A stretch of 63,734 nucleotides of DNA, the filler included, from Kipferlia bialata (lineage: Eukaryota): the NCBI GenBank assembly GCA_003568945.1. It is 5 parts of 5 records of this genome, joined end to end, with 100 filler letters (N's around TTAATTAATTAA, not from the genome) between each part and the next. Parts side by side here need not be neighbours in the genome. Positions count along the whole stretch, not along the records: positions 1 to 14,391 come from BDIP01000823.1; 4 more parts are not named here. One strand, given 5' to 3'. The notes below the pieces were generated by a model that was not told the DNA's origin, did no database searches, and saw only the letters and a list, made by a program, of their open reading frames with translations. A program made the position numbers and the translations under genes. This document shows, one piece after another, positions 1-14,000 of this stretch. The first letter of the stretch is position 1; each line of letters opens with the position of its first letter.

Positions 1-55
<55 letters not shown>

Positions 56-295
56 TACCGTGAGCACACTCCTCTGGTATCTGGCAATGTCCTCTGACCA
101 TATACTACACATGGAATTGCATATACACACTATGATATATATGTATGCATATATACATATACATATGTACGTACCGTCAGCACACTCCTCTGGTATCTGG
201 TAATGTAGATAAAAAATGTGTAAAATACACTCACATTTACTATATATAGCATATGCGAAATGTCACTAGAGAGAGAGTGAGAGAAGATTACGTAC

Positions 296-1761
296 CGTGA
301 GCACACTCCTCTGGTATCTGGCAATGTCATCCACAGTGTCCTTCCACCTAGGGTGAGACATTATCCATGCGTATATGAGTGGAAATGTACATGAAATATT
401 ACCTTTTGCCACTGATTTGAAGAGAAGATACAGATGTTGCATCAATTGCATATACATATGAGTAGTAGAGCTATTATCAGTATCCAATAAATGTATACAT
501 ACAATATTGATAACGTATTTTCTAATATAACATAGGTGAATGTATGCATTACCTTGGTAGCAGAGAGGGTGTCTCTGCATCTCCGTCGGCACCGGTGTAG
601 CGACGCACAACGTGGCCTGACGTTAGACCATCAATAGTAACACATGTGTACTAAAGAGTGGTTGCACTATGTACAAGGTACATATGTGTGTATGTGTGTA
701 CTCATACCAGTAAGTGGCAGCTCTGGTATCTCCCCCTCCACGGGCTGTACGGTGGCCAGCTCAATATAGGCACCCAGACAGCTACCCTGGAGACTAGGTG
801 TGAAGACTGGGTCGACGGGCACGTCAGACTCGACGAGAACGTCGTGCACAGCCGGCTCGACGGCCAGGGGCTCTGTGTGGGAGACGTCAGTCTCGACGTC
901 GACAGTTGTCGCGGTGTGGCTACCCTCCTCCTCCTCCTCCTCTCTCTCTCCCTCTCTCTCTCCCTCTATGGTGGATGTGGGTGCGTGGGATAGGAGAGAG
1001 GGGAGGACGGGCAGGAGGACCTTGCGAGCGTCGCCATACCTAGAGTTAAGGGTGTAGTAGAGAATGAGGGAGAGAGCTATAGTATACATTTAGTATGCTA
1101 CATATACACAAACACATACCTCTCCATCAGGAGTAGCAGATATGCCAGCCACAGACTGACAACGGGGGACAGGGTGTTGGGGGGGGCACAGGCCATGACA
1201 CGTAGGAGGGAACTAGAGTGAGTATATATATATCATAAATACATATACTAAGAGAGAGAGAGAGAGAGGGTGTTGGGGGGGGCACAGGCCATGACCCTTA
1301 AGAGAGCGCTAGAGTTAGACGTATGTATACATGTGTATATATATATGTGTATATATATATAGAGAGAGAGAGAGAGCGAGAGAGAGAGAAGGTGTTAGGA
1401 GGGGCACAGGCCATGACACGGAGGAGAGCGCTTAGAGTAAGAAGAGAGAGAGAGAGAGAGAGAGAGAGGGTGTGCGGAAAATGGCAAGGTGAGAAGAATT
1501 GAAATCTTTCCACATACCGGTAGTGACTGTCGAGCCTCTCATTGGGGATGCTCCTCTTGTTGCCCAGCTGGTACACCCTGGGTATTAGGATTCATATTCA
1601 TATTATATATATACATTCCATTGAATGAAGCTATAAACATACATGTAATGGTTACCCCCTTGTTACCGAGCGGGTACACCCGGAGGTTGGGGCCCGACAT
1701 GTGTATACATTTACTGTATAATACAATGAAACACACACTCTCTGTCAGCTGAAGACCAGCT

Positions 1762-1796
<35 letters not shown>

Positions 1797-3040
1797 CCCA
1801 TTTACAAGAGTATATACTTAATATATAATGTATATAATGTATGTACCTCTCTGTCAGCAGTGGTCTGAAGTCCAGGCTGAAGAGGCCCAATCTGTAGACT
1901 ACTCTCTCCCTCTATCTTCACTCTCTTGTTATAGTATTCATCCGTGCATTCATCATATATACAAATGGCCTATATAGGGCATACCTCTCTGTGAGGAGTG
2001 GCCTGAAGTCCAGGCTGAAGAGGCCCTTCTGCTCAGGGCCCTGGGGGGTTAGAGGTGTATATATATATAGAGAGAGAGAGAGAGAGACAGTAATTATACA
2101 TATATATGAGATACTATGGAAACTGAATGAGTAATGAAGAATGAAGAGACCCTTCTGCTCAGGGCCCTGGGGGGTCAGCAGGGGACAGATTCACCATTGA
2201 AATACCTATTATTCTCTAAATATAACATATATATTCTATATAGTATATTAATGTCTGGGGTCAGCACGGGACAGATACACTATATAATATAGACATTTAA
2301 TAGTAATTAATATGACTATTATATATAGTAATTACAATAGTATATTATTATGTTACATACTGACAGTCATCAGACAGCAGACGAATTGTATTATTCTAGT
2401 ACACACCTGCAGTGGTTACAGACAAGCAAGGTATACATGCTGTTACACTGACTGGGAATAATTATGAATCCATATTATTATTTATCCAAACTGTATATAT
2501 ACATAGAGACTGTATACCTGCAGGGGGTTACATAGCACTGGTCCCTTGTAGCTGGACAGACCTCCCAGGAGTCTGGTGCTGCCATACATCCTGAGGAATT
2601 AGGACAAATGAATATTATATATATATAGACATACACCCACACACACATATATTCATATGCTTATATATATAGACGGCTGGACAGACCACCCAGGAGTCTG
2701 GTGCTGCCATACATTCTGGTATTAGTATATATATACATATTATACACACATATATATATATATAATATACTACTTGGAGCTTGGTGCTGCCATACATCCT
2801 GAGGAATTAGGACACACTCACATATACACACTTGGTGAGGATAGATATGTAAGTACATTGGCAAAATTCACAATTGTCTGTATACTATATACTACTTGGA
2901 GCCTGGTGCTGCCATACATCCTGGGGGGTGAGTATAGTGTGCTGTATATATACACACTATATATGTGTATAACAGGTGATCATGAATATGAGTACGTACT
3001 TCTGCTTGGCCGACTCCTGTTGTCTGACGTGTGTCCTTAT

Positions 3041-3081
<41 letters not shown>

Positions 3082-4625
3082 CATATTATGTATTATACTC
3101 ACTTCTGCTTCTGTGACTCCTGTCTCACGTGTGTCCATATCAGTGGCCACACTATACATATATACAATGTATACTATACATATATATATACCACTATATA
3201 CTACTATACATACCTCTGCTTGGCCGACTCCTGTCTTACGTGTGTCCATATCAGTGGCCACACCCTGTGGTGGTAGGACACAGTGAGAAGACGGGTCTAT
3301 GGGTTAGTATATGTATATATACATATATACGAATATATATATGTATACATGTGTATCAGTGGCCACACCCTGTGGTGGTAGGACACCTTAAGGAGGGACG
3401 TCTGAGAGTAAGATAAAGAGTATTATATATATGTGTGTGTATATATGTATACAGATGTATGAGTGGCCACATCCTGTGGTGGAAGGCAACGGTCAGGAAG
3501 GTTAGGAATACGTGTATATGTATACATATAGCATACCTCTGTTGGCATCAGACCCCTCCTCTGCAGTCCATCCACCACGGCTAGGTACAGGTCCTTCTCG
3601 TGGTACAGCCTGTGGGGTAAGGTACAACATACTATATACACTATGCACACGCATATATACATACACAACTGTATTGATTATATACCCATATGTATATATA
3701 TATACTGGTACATATCCTTCTCGTGGTACAGACTGAGAGTAAGGTCATTTACCTGCCCACCCTATCCATGAACACTGTCCAATCTCTCTCTCCCCTTCCC
3801 CTCTCTCCCCCTCTCTCTCTATATATATATACACACTATATTACCTATCAGCCACCCTGTCCATGAACACTGTCCTCTGGCCTGTGATGCTAGGGGGGGA
3901 GGAATAGTCATCCTGAATGTAAGAAATCTATGTGTATAGCTGACAGTCTCTACATTTGAGAGACAAGAGGTAAATAACAATATCAGAGATAGTGAGTGCT
4001 AGGGGGAGTGGGGTAGTCATCCTGGGGGGTGAGAGGTGAAGAAAGTTACAATGAATATAACTATACAACAGTCCATGATTGCTGCGTATCAATACACATA
4101 CACTATACCTTCTTATGTATGCCGTCAACCAATTGATGCAGTGCTACATACTCTATGAACATAGACATCTATCTACATATATATATATATGTATGTCTAC
4201 TATAATATATACACATGTAATGTATGTATATAGGTACCTTCTTGTGAATCCCATCGAACAGCTGGTGCAGTGCTGCTCTATGAACACAATATACATACAC
4301 ACATATATATAGCTATATAGATATATATCCATATATGTATATATAAATATATATAGTAATACACACCTTCTTGTGGATGCCATCGAACAGTTGGTGCAGG
4401 GCCGCATACACACATGCATAAACATAAATACCAATATATATTAGTATCTATATACATATATATACATATGGTATTAATACAAATATACACTATACCTTCT
4501 TGTGGATGCCATCAAACAGCTGGTGCAGTGCGGCATGCTCTATGAACATGGATATCTCAGCCACACTGCCGTATCTGACTAGACCTAGGACATCACTACG
4601 GCTCATGTTTCTAGAGTAAGGGTCT

Positions 4626-4657
<32 letters not shown>

Positions 4658-6882
4658 CTCACAAGGCCAAGTACATCACTCCTGGACATGTTTCTGGGTA
4701 TGAGGGGGCAGAGAGAGAGAGAGAGAGACAGTAACTGGAATGCCTGACAATGGGTTGTAGTGAGTGCTTTATAAATTGACAAGTTATGTTGTACCTGACC
4801 CACTCTCCGATGTCAATCTCTGGTGTCTCTTCCTCCTCCTCCTCTTCCTGTACAGTCTCATCCACAGTGACCTGAGGTGTTAGAATATCTAAAATATACA
4901 TACATATATACGTTGTAGGCGCTCTCTTCATGGACAGTGACGTCCGCAGTCACCTGGCGTTATATACATACAAATATGTTCGACACAAATATGGTATATT
5001 TATATATATACTATACATATGTACATACCACTGTGTGTCTGACCAGTGGTCTTGATGTCACATATATAGAATATAGTATGTATACCCACAGTATCTCTCT
5101 ATATATATATCTCTCTCTCCATATACTAACACAGTATGCTCTCACCACGGTGTGTCTGACCAGGGGCCTTGATGTGACACGCATGGTCTGGAGGGGGGCA
5201 TCCATGCCTGATATATTAGTATGGTATAATATATATATACTTCTATATATATAGTGCAGATACAATGATTGTCTCCAGGTATATTTGGATATATATATAT
5301 ATATATATACACGCATGGTCTGGAGGGGGGGGTCCATGCCTAAGGGTCAGGGTATGTATAGAGTATGGACTAGACTAGCACATCAATATATACCAACCCT
5401 ATATGTATTATACTACTCTACACATATACCGTAGTATTTATACCTGGTAGGATAAACCCTCCTGCCAGTATGCATGTCTGGCCAAATATAAAACTACTCT
5501 ATACCAATATATATACTAATATATACAAATATATATATATACTATATACTATTGTTATGTTACCTGGCAGTATGAACCCTCCTGCCAGTATGCACGTCTG
5601 GCCATCTATACCACAACTCCATATCAATATATATACTAATATATACAAATCAATATATATATTATATATACTATTGTAATTATACCTGGTAAGATAAACC
5701 CCCCTGCCAGTATGCATGTCTGGCCATCGGTGGCAAGACTCTACTATAATATAGATACTTACAAACACATACACATACATATATATACATATATACAGAC
5801 TAACCGGGTAGGATGAACCCCCCTGCCAGTATGCATGTCTGGCCATCGGTGGCAAGGGCAGGGGGGATGCGGAACCTGAGGGTTACATAAGACATTGTAT
5901 AGTATATATATAAATATAACAAGGTATACATGTATATACACAAACATATATCCATATATGTATTGGTGACAAGGGCAGGGGGGATGCGGAACCTGGGGGA
6001 TATATGTATCATAACATCTATGTAGATATATACAATATACAGTTACACACATATGTGCATGTTACGTATATGCACTATACCTTCCCGTTTGTGGCCAGTA
6101 GAATGGGTAGCTGTACTCCACACTGCCACTGAAGGAGAGGGTCTCGGCAGCTGAGGCCGACCCTGCTCCTAGATATTAATATAGTTTGATTATACTATAT
6201 ACATATATATATATATACACTGCCAGAGAAGGAGAGGGTCTCGGCAGCTGATGCTGATCCGGCGCCTAGTAATTAGTATACTTTGATTATGCTATACATG
6301 TACATACATATACATATATATATATGTATATATACACTGCCAGAGAAGGAGAGGGTCTCGGCAGCTGAGGCAGAGCCAGCACCATATTGTGAGTTACATA
6401 TATACAGATAAGAAGAGAGAGGGATAAAGTCTCTCCCTACCGCAAAACCATATTGTGAGTTATGAGTATACTCATGGAGAGGAGAGAGTAGGATAGAGTC
6501 TCAGCAAACGCACATCCTCAAGATCCTACATATACACATAAGCATCCTCACAATGTGTACCTAGTGGCACCGAGCCAGCTGCTATCGTATCGTATCGTAT
6601 CGTATCGCATACCACATACATATATATACGATACTATAGGACAATATTCTACACATACCTAGTGGCACCGACCCAGCTGGCAGCTGCACCAGCATACCAT
6701 AGAAACGTGTTATATACTATGCACTACCTGTAGAATTACTATATATATATAACTGTATAGTACATATAGTACTACACCCATATCATACCTAGTGGCACTG
6801 ACCCCGCTGGCAGCTGCACCAGCAATCTCCAACCACTTCTGACAGGGGTGGCAGACAGGGACGTGACTGTGGGTTAGAGAGA

Positions 6883-6923
<41 letters not shown>

Positions 6924-8012
6924 GTAGTCTCCAGCCACTTCGGACAGGGGTGGCAGGATCATATATATATATATATATATGAGTACTCACCGTTGACATG
7001 TAGCTCGTACAGCTGCCCCGCCAGTGCACTCTGCACTGTGCCTGTCCGGCCCCTGTCCTTCTCCCTGACCTCCTGGGTGATGTACATCAGCTGCACAGGG
7101 GCACTTGATGCCTTATATCAGTAAATAGGTCTGGTTACAGTACATATACACTATTGGGTGATGTACATCAGTTGGACAGGAGCAGTGGAGGCCTAACGTG
7201 AGGTGGGTATATGGTAGATTAGTATATAAAGTATATAAAGATATGCTCATCATGGGTGATGTACATCAACTGCACAGGGGCTGAGGCAGGCTAAATGTCA
7301 GTATACATAGGAACAGTTATATATGTATTGTTATACGTATATGTGAGACTGGGTGATGTACATCAGTTGGACGGGGGCGGAGGCAGGCTGAGCAGTTGTA
7401 TCAGAAATAATGGCCTGTTGCCATGGACTAGTACACACTGTACATATGGCGTAAATGATATACACACTTACACCCACCTTAGCCTGCCCTGCATGCACAT
7501 GGATACACATCTCTATACATATACACTAATACCCACATAGGTCATCCAAATATTTGTCAGTATCTATATATATTTACCTTAGCCTGCCCTGCATGCACAT
7601 GGACGTACTTGCCAGACTCAGACCGGTCCTGGACATGAGAAGAGAGAGAATATATGTATCATACATACACACATACATAGCCTCTGTCATACCTCCTCTG
7701 TCTCCACCTCATGGACTGATCTGACCAGCAGCATATACTATAGCTTCTATATCGACTATACATACATATTTATATATACACACACACACACACACACATA
7801 TATATATGCTATATCTATCCACTCCTACCTCCTCTGTCTCCACCTCGTGGACTGATCTGACCAGCAGCATGGCAGAGCAGGAGGGGCTAGGAGTAAGGGG
7901 ATGAGTGTACATGTATATATGCATGGATAGAGAGAGAGAGAGAGGACTCATCTGACCAGCAGCATGGCAGAGCAGGAGGGGCTGATGGTAAGGGAGATAT
8001 CTATATACATAA

Positions 8013-8054
<42 letters not shown>

Positions 8055-8055
8055 C

Positions 8056-8091
<36 letters not shown>

Positions 8092-11000
8092 CATCTGACC
8101 AGAATCATAGCTAAGCAGGAGGGGCTGGGGGTAAGGTATATACATAATAGATAGAGACAGAAAGAGAGAGTAGAGATATAATGAGTGAGACAGATGTACA
8201 CACCTGCCAGCCTCGACCGAGAGGCATGGCACCCCTGCCTCCAGGTACCATACATACATATGATATACATATATTGATATGATTTACATATATAGATATG
8301 ATATATATACATATTGATGCCACTCTCTCACGTAGTATACATTAACGTACCTCCTAGACTCAATGCCTCCAGGTACCATACATAGATATGATATATATAT
8401 ATATATATATATTGATGCCATTCTCTCTTCTAGTATGCATTAAGGTACCTCCTAGACTCCACCGATAGGCATGGTACCCCTGCCTCCAGGTAGCGACGCA
8501 CAGAGACAGAGGTCTCGGGGGTCTAAGGGGTAAGAGAACGATAATTGTATTCAGATATTTCTGACCATTCACAATACACTACTATCCATACCTCTGGTAG
8601 TGCCGTGAGTGCCACTGCTGCCAGCAGAGATGTGCAGGAGTTCTTGGACCGGATGGCTGGGTGGTTAGAGACATAACAGAGTGGCAACTAGGACATCACA
8701 CAAAGGAACAAATTGACAGACGTATCCGTTCCTGACATAATCATAACTCTATCTCTAAATGTATAATCTATACATATATCTACATCACTGTATACTCACC
8801 CAGGTCCAAGAAGTGGGGTGTCACAAACACATTGTCCCTGCTTAAGGGTCCAGTGGCCATGTGCACAAGGGCATCCAGCCAGAAGGGGCACCAGGATGTA
8901 CTGTCAGAGTGGGTGCCTAGATATTAGTGGGTATGTACGTACGGACTTATATACATATATACACTATGGGTATATAACACAGGTATGTAGCCAGAAGGGG
9001 GACCAGGATGTACTGTCAGAGTGGGTGCCTAGTATAAGTATGTATATATACGTGGATAGATTATACATATACATATATATATACATATATATATACTATG
9101 TGTATATATATAGTATATGTATCCAGCCAGAAGGGGGACCAGGAGGTGGAGTCGGAGTGGGTGCCTGGTGTTAGTACTTTAGACTAAGACTATTTATCAG
9201 TACCCAAAAACACCCTACTGGACTAATACACGCCATCCTCACCTGTGACCCCGTACCATGTTGTCTCGGCATAGGTGCGTGTGGTGTCAAGGCCCTAGGG
9301 GGTTAGCGTTAGAACGAAGTGGTTCATACCCATACATGAATGTTACCCATTTGTTATGTCACTTATATATTTGATATAATATAAGTGTATGTGGCCCTGG
9401 GATGTCAGAAAGGAACCCTAAGTCTTATAGAAAGCATAGACATTTGGTGTGTTTGTTGCACATAGATGTATTGTATTGTCAAGGCCCTAGAGAGTTAGTG
9501 TTAGAGTTGATTCACACACCAATATACAATGTCACATGTATCATGGCATTGAGAAACTTCAATAACTATCTCAAGAAGTCTTTCTTAATGTACCTGGTAT
9601 CATACTGCCATTGCACTCTCCAGCCTAGACTCCTTGCCACACTCATTGATATATACATATATATGTATATTAACACATCCTAAGAGCCTTCTCTGAGTAT
9701 ACTATACCCACCTGGTATCTTACTGCCTGTGGCTTCTCAGCCATTGCACTCTCTCTCCTAGACTCCTTGGCCAGGGCACCCCCAAAGCCAAAGGACTGAG
9801 GGCCTGACCCTCCGTGCATGCGCCTACTATGAGGAAGAGTATACCATTATATACAGAGTTTAACCAGAGCCATGTACACACCTGGCATAAGAGGCAATAC
9901 TATGTACATACACAATGTATCTACCTGCTCTTCTTGGGCATGGCCAAGCCCACTCTCTCTCCATCAATAGATAAATACACTATCAGAGTATAATGAAATA
10001 TACTTTGGGAATACACATATTAATCTATACCTGCCCTTCTTTGCCTTGGGCATAGCCCCTCTCTCTCTCTCCATCCTTCTAGATCTAGGTGGAGCCATGG
10101 AGACCTCGTCCATAATGGGGGCTGGGGGTTAAATACAACAGAAAGGTCTAAATATGGTTACATTAGTATTTGAATATATGTGTTGTAGGGCATCCATACC
10201 TGCATTTCCAAGTGCCATGGCCATCATTGGTGGAGGGGGACCGCCTGACAGTTAGTATAGTATGAATACATAGATGTGAAAGTTAGTATAGTAAACATAT
10301 ATATACAAAAATATATGTGCATATACATATGTATATATACCTATCGGTACCAGTCAGAGAATGCAGTGGTAGCAATACACATACAGAAGTCAAAGAAAAT
10401 TGTGGGGAGCAAAGAATACTCAGAATTCAGGATTGGTAGGAGGACTTGAGGCAAATACAACACACTCCCTAGAATATGTATCACAATCATTAACATGCAC
10501 CACTAGCTATACAAATATATACATATATATACATATTATACATATACATATAATAGTATAACACCACTTAGTACATATAATACATACCCGCACCTGGTGG
10601 GGGACACTCACACATGCATATATAGGTATATACATATATATAATATATATACATATTATACATATACATATAATAGTACAACACCACTTAGTACATATAA
10701 TACATACCCGCACCTGGTGGGGGAGGGGGAGCCATGGACATACTGCTGCTGGGGGTGAGTCATGGAACAACCAGGAATAGAGTCTATAACAAAGGTAATA
10801 GATACATACCACAGCTACCTAGGTCATGGGACCACCAGGAATAGGGTATCTAACAGAATACAGGGAGAATTATGGGATCGGAACACCAGGAATAGAGTCT
10901 ATAACAATGGTAATAGAGTAAACATTGGGAACTAGTCAATATGCAACTGATACAGACCACAGATACCTAGGTGGGAGTGGGGGTGATGTCATTCCTGGCG

Positions 11001-14000
11001 AGAAATCCTCAGAGTCCTCGAAGGCGGCCTAGTATAAGGGAGTAAGGAATACATATACATTAAATGTATAATTATTCAGAACACATATATACATACATGT
11101 ATACAACATGCAGAGAAATCCTCAGAGTCCTCGAAGGGGGGCTGGGGTTAGTGAATGCAATACACTACATACTTATGAGCAAAAGGATAATTGTACAAAG
11201 TAAACGAAGGTGAATATGCAATAATATTGTATCATATCTTCAGAGTCCTCGAAGGGATGCTGGTATAGGGGAGTTAAGATTATACATACATACAATGAAT
11301 GTATAATTGTACAAATCACATATGCACATATGCCCACACTACTATTGAACACAACTATATACCTCGCTCTCCTCCTGGGGCTCCTCCCATACATTCAAAC
11401 ATATACATTCATGTCTAACCATCTATATGTGTGTACATCTATCCATACATATATGTATCTCCATACCTCGCCCTCCTCCTGGGGCTCCTCCTCTGCCTCC
11501 TCGGCATCAGTGACCTGGGGGTGAGAGAATAGTATTTAAACACACACACACATATATATATGATAATGAATTAATAGTTGAGTCTATCTTTTAATGATAT
11601 AACTAATCCATTAACTATATAATTCATTATGTCAATACCTCGTTGATCTGTAGGAATGACAGCACCATCACAATAACACCACTTACATACACAATATATA
11701 TATATATATATACATATAATGGATACAAGTATATATATATATACGGTATTACCTCGTTGATCTGTAGGAATGACAGCACTGCATCCTCCCTCATCGATGC
11801 CTCCCTGTCCCTGTTGGAACGGCCCTGGGTCTGAAGGTTAGTATACTAAANNNNNNNNNNNNNNNNNNNNNNNNNNNNNNNNNNNNNNNNNNNNNNNNNN
11901 NNNNNNNNNNNNNNNNNNNNNNNNNNTATATATATATAGTATGGGATGCCTCCCTGTCCCTGTTGGAACGGCCCTGGGTCTAGAGGTTAGATATGCATAC
12001 TTAATATACAAACATGGTATATATATGTATGTACAGTATATATATAGTACTCAGAGATGCCTCCCTGTCCCTGTTGGACCTGCCCTGGGTCTGGAGTTAG
12101 AGGTATAGACACAATATCATTATATAGATAGTGTATATAGTATCTGGGATGCCTCCCTGTCCCTGTTGGACCTGCCCTGGGTCTAAAGGTTAGAGAAAGA
12201 GAGGGGAAGATAATGAGTAAAGTCATATTGCATCTGTATGTGCCATATTTACCTCCAGTGACAATAGCTCCGACACATGTGACACCAGACTGGCACAGAC
12301 AGCGTCCATGCTCTGTCCCTCTCTGTCTCCCTCTGACAGAGAGAAGAGGGGCATGTACTGTCTGCACATGTCTGCAGAGAGCAGGGTCTCTAGCACACTG
12401 TGTGTAGTAATGAACCTAGAATATTAGGGGTGGAGAGAGAGAGAGAGAGAGATGTATGTCGGCACAGAGGATGGTCTCAAGGACAGAGTGTGTAGTAATG
12501 AACCTACGTGTAAGGAGTGTAGGGAGGGAGAGAGAGAGAGAAAGAGAGAGAGAGTGTAGGGCCTCTAGTATACTGTGGACGGTAAAAACTACACCACACT
12601 TGGTGTTGATAGCAGTATTGCCTATATATGTAAACATATTTGTATATACAAGCATTCTTATACATAACTGGGCTCTTCATCTGCTCCACTATTACTGTGA
12701 TGTCTGAGACATACATCACTCAGTATATACATATATAACAGTAGTGCCTATACATATATATATATATATATGTAATTATGTAGTATATATACCTTGCTGG
12801 GCTCTTCATCTGCTCCACTATCACAGTGATGTCTGAGACATACATCACACTATACAAATATATATACGAATATAGCAGTAGTGCTAATATGTATATGTAT
12901 TAATAGGTACTTATACCTAGCTGGGCTCTTCATCTGCTCCACTATCACAGTGATGTCTGAGCCATACATCACACTGTACATATACTAGTATACATACATA
13001 TACTAACTATATACATCTATAAGTGTATAGTATACATACCTAGCTGGGCTCTTCATCTGCTCCACTATTACTGTGATGTCTGAGAAATATATCACACTGT
13101 ATATATACTAGTAGTATACATACATATACAGACTATATACACCTTTACATATGCAGTATATATACCGAGCTGGGCTCTTCATCTGCTCCACTATCACTGT
13201 GATGTCTAAGACATACATCACACTGTATATATACTAGTAGTATACATACATATACTGACTGTATACACATATACATATGTAGTATGCATACCTAGCTGGG
13301 CTCTTCATCTGCTCCACTATCACTGTGATGTCTGAGTTGCAGTTGATGTACTCACGCAGGGCAGACTCTCTTTCAGCACCCTAGTGTTAGTGACAGTATG
13401 TGTATACATACATATATATATAGTAATTAATTATAAACTACTATTAATATATTGATTGATCAACTCGGCACCCTGGAGTGTCAGCCGTAGGGATCAATAG
13501 GGGAACAATACACACACACACATATATATAACTATATATATACACAGTTGATGTTATCACGCAGGGCAGACTCTCTCTCGCTACCCTGGAGTGTCAGATG
13601 TAGAATGTACACTGTATACCCTCTATACATGTATATGCAACATATACGTTTTATAGGGTTGTATGTATATATTATACTCATAACTACATGAATACCTCTG
13701 TTTCCAGCCCAATTGACGCCATGATGGCCCAGTGGTCCACAATGTCCAGCTGCATCTTGGACAGGACTGGAGTTAGTACTATTGAGATCATATATAGATA
13801 TATACATATATATTGTCAGAGTGCATTAACACATGTTTAGTCAGTGTATATATCATTCACATACGATGAGACGAAGTAACTCATCTCTTAACAATATGAA
13901 TGGACATATATATGGTCCACAAGGGAGAATATAGTTTATTGTATTCCACAATGTCCAGTTGCATCATAGACAGGACAGTTACGATTAGTAAATCATCACA

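Noticed and set aside
2600..6100. Many ORFs rich in IYIY, SLSL or CVCV
   Set aside because: Translations of (TA)n, (CT)n and (TG)n intronic microsatellites.
6583..6607. (TATCG)n run, and similar short repeats at about 32230, 32797 and 39125
   Set aside because: Ordinary intronic slippage repeats.
12669..13336. CRISPR-like array of about 40-nt repeats with spacers
   Set aside because: Repeats are copies of a coding exon end, spacers are homologous AT-rich intron sequence, no cas genes are visible and the context is eukaryotic.
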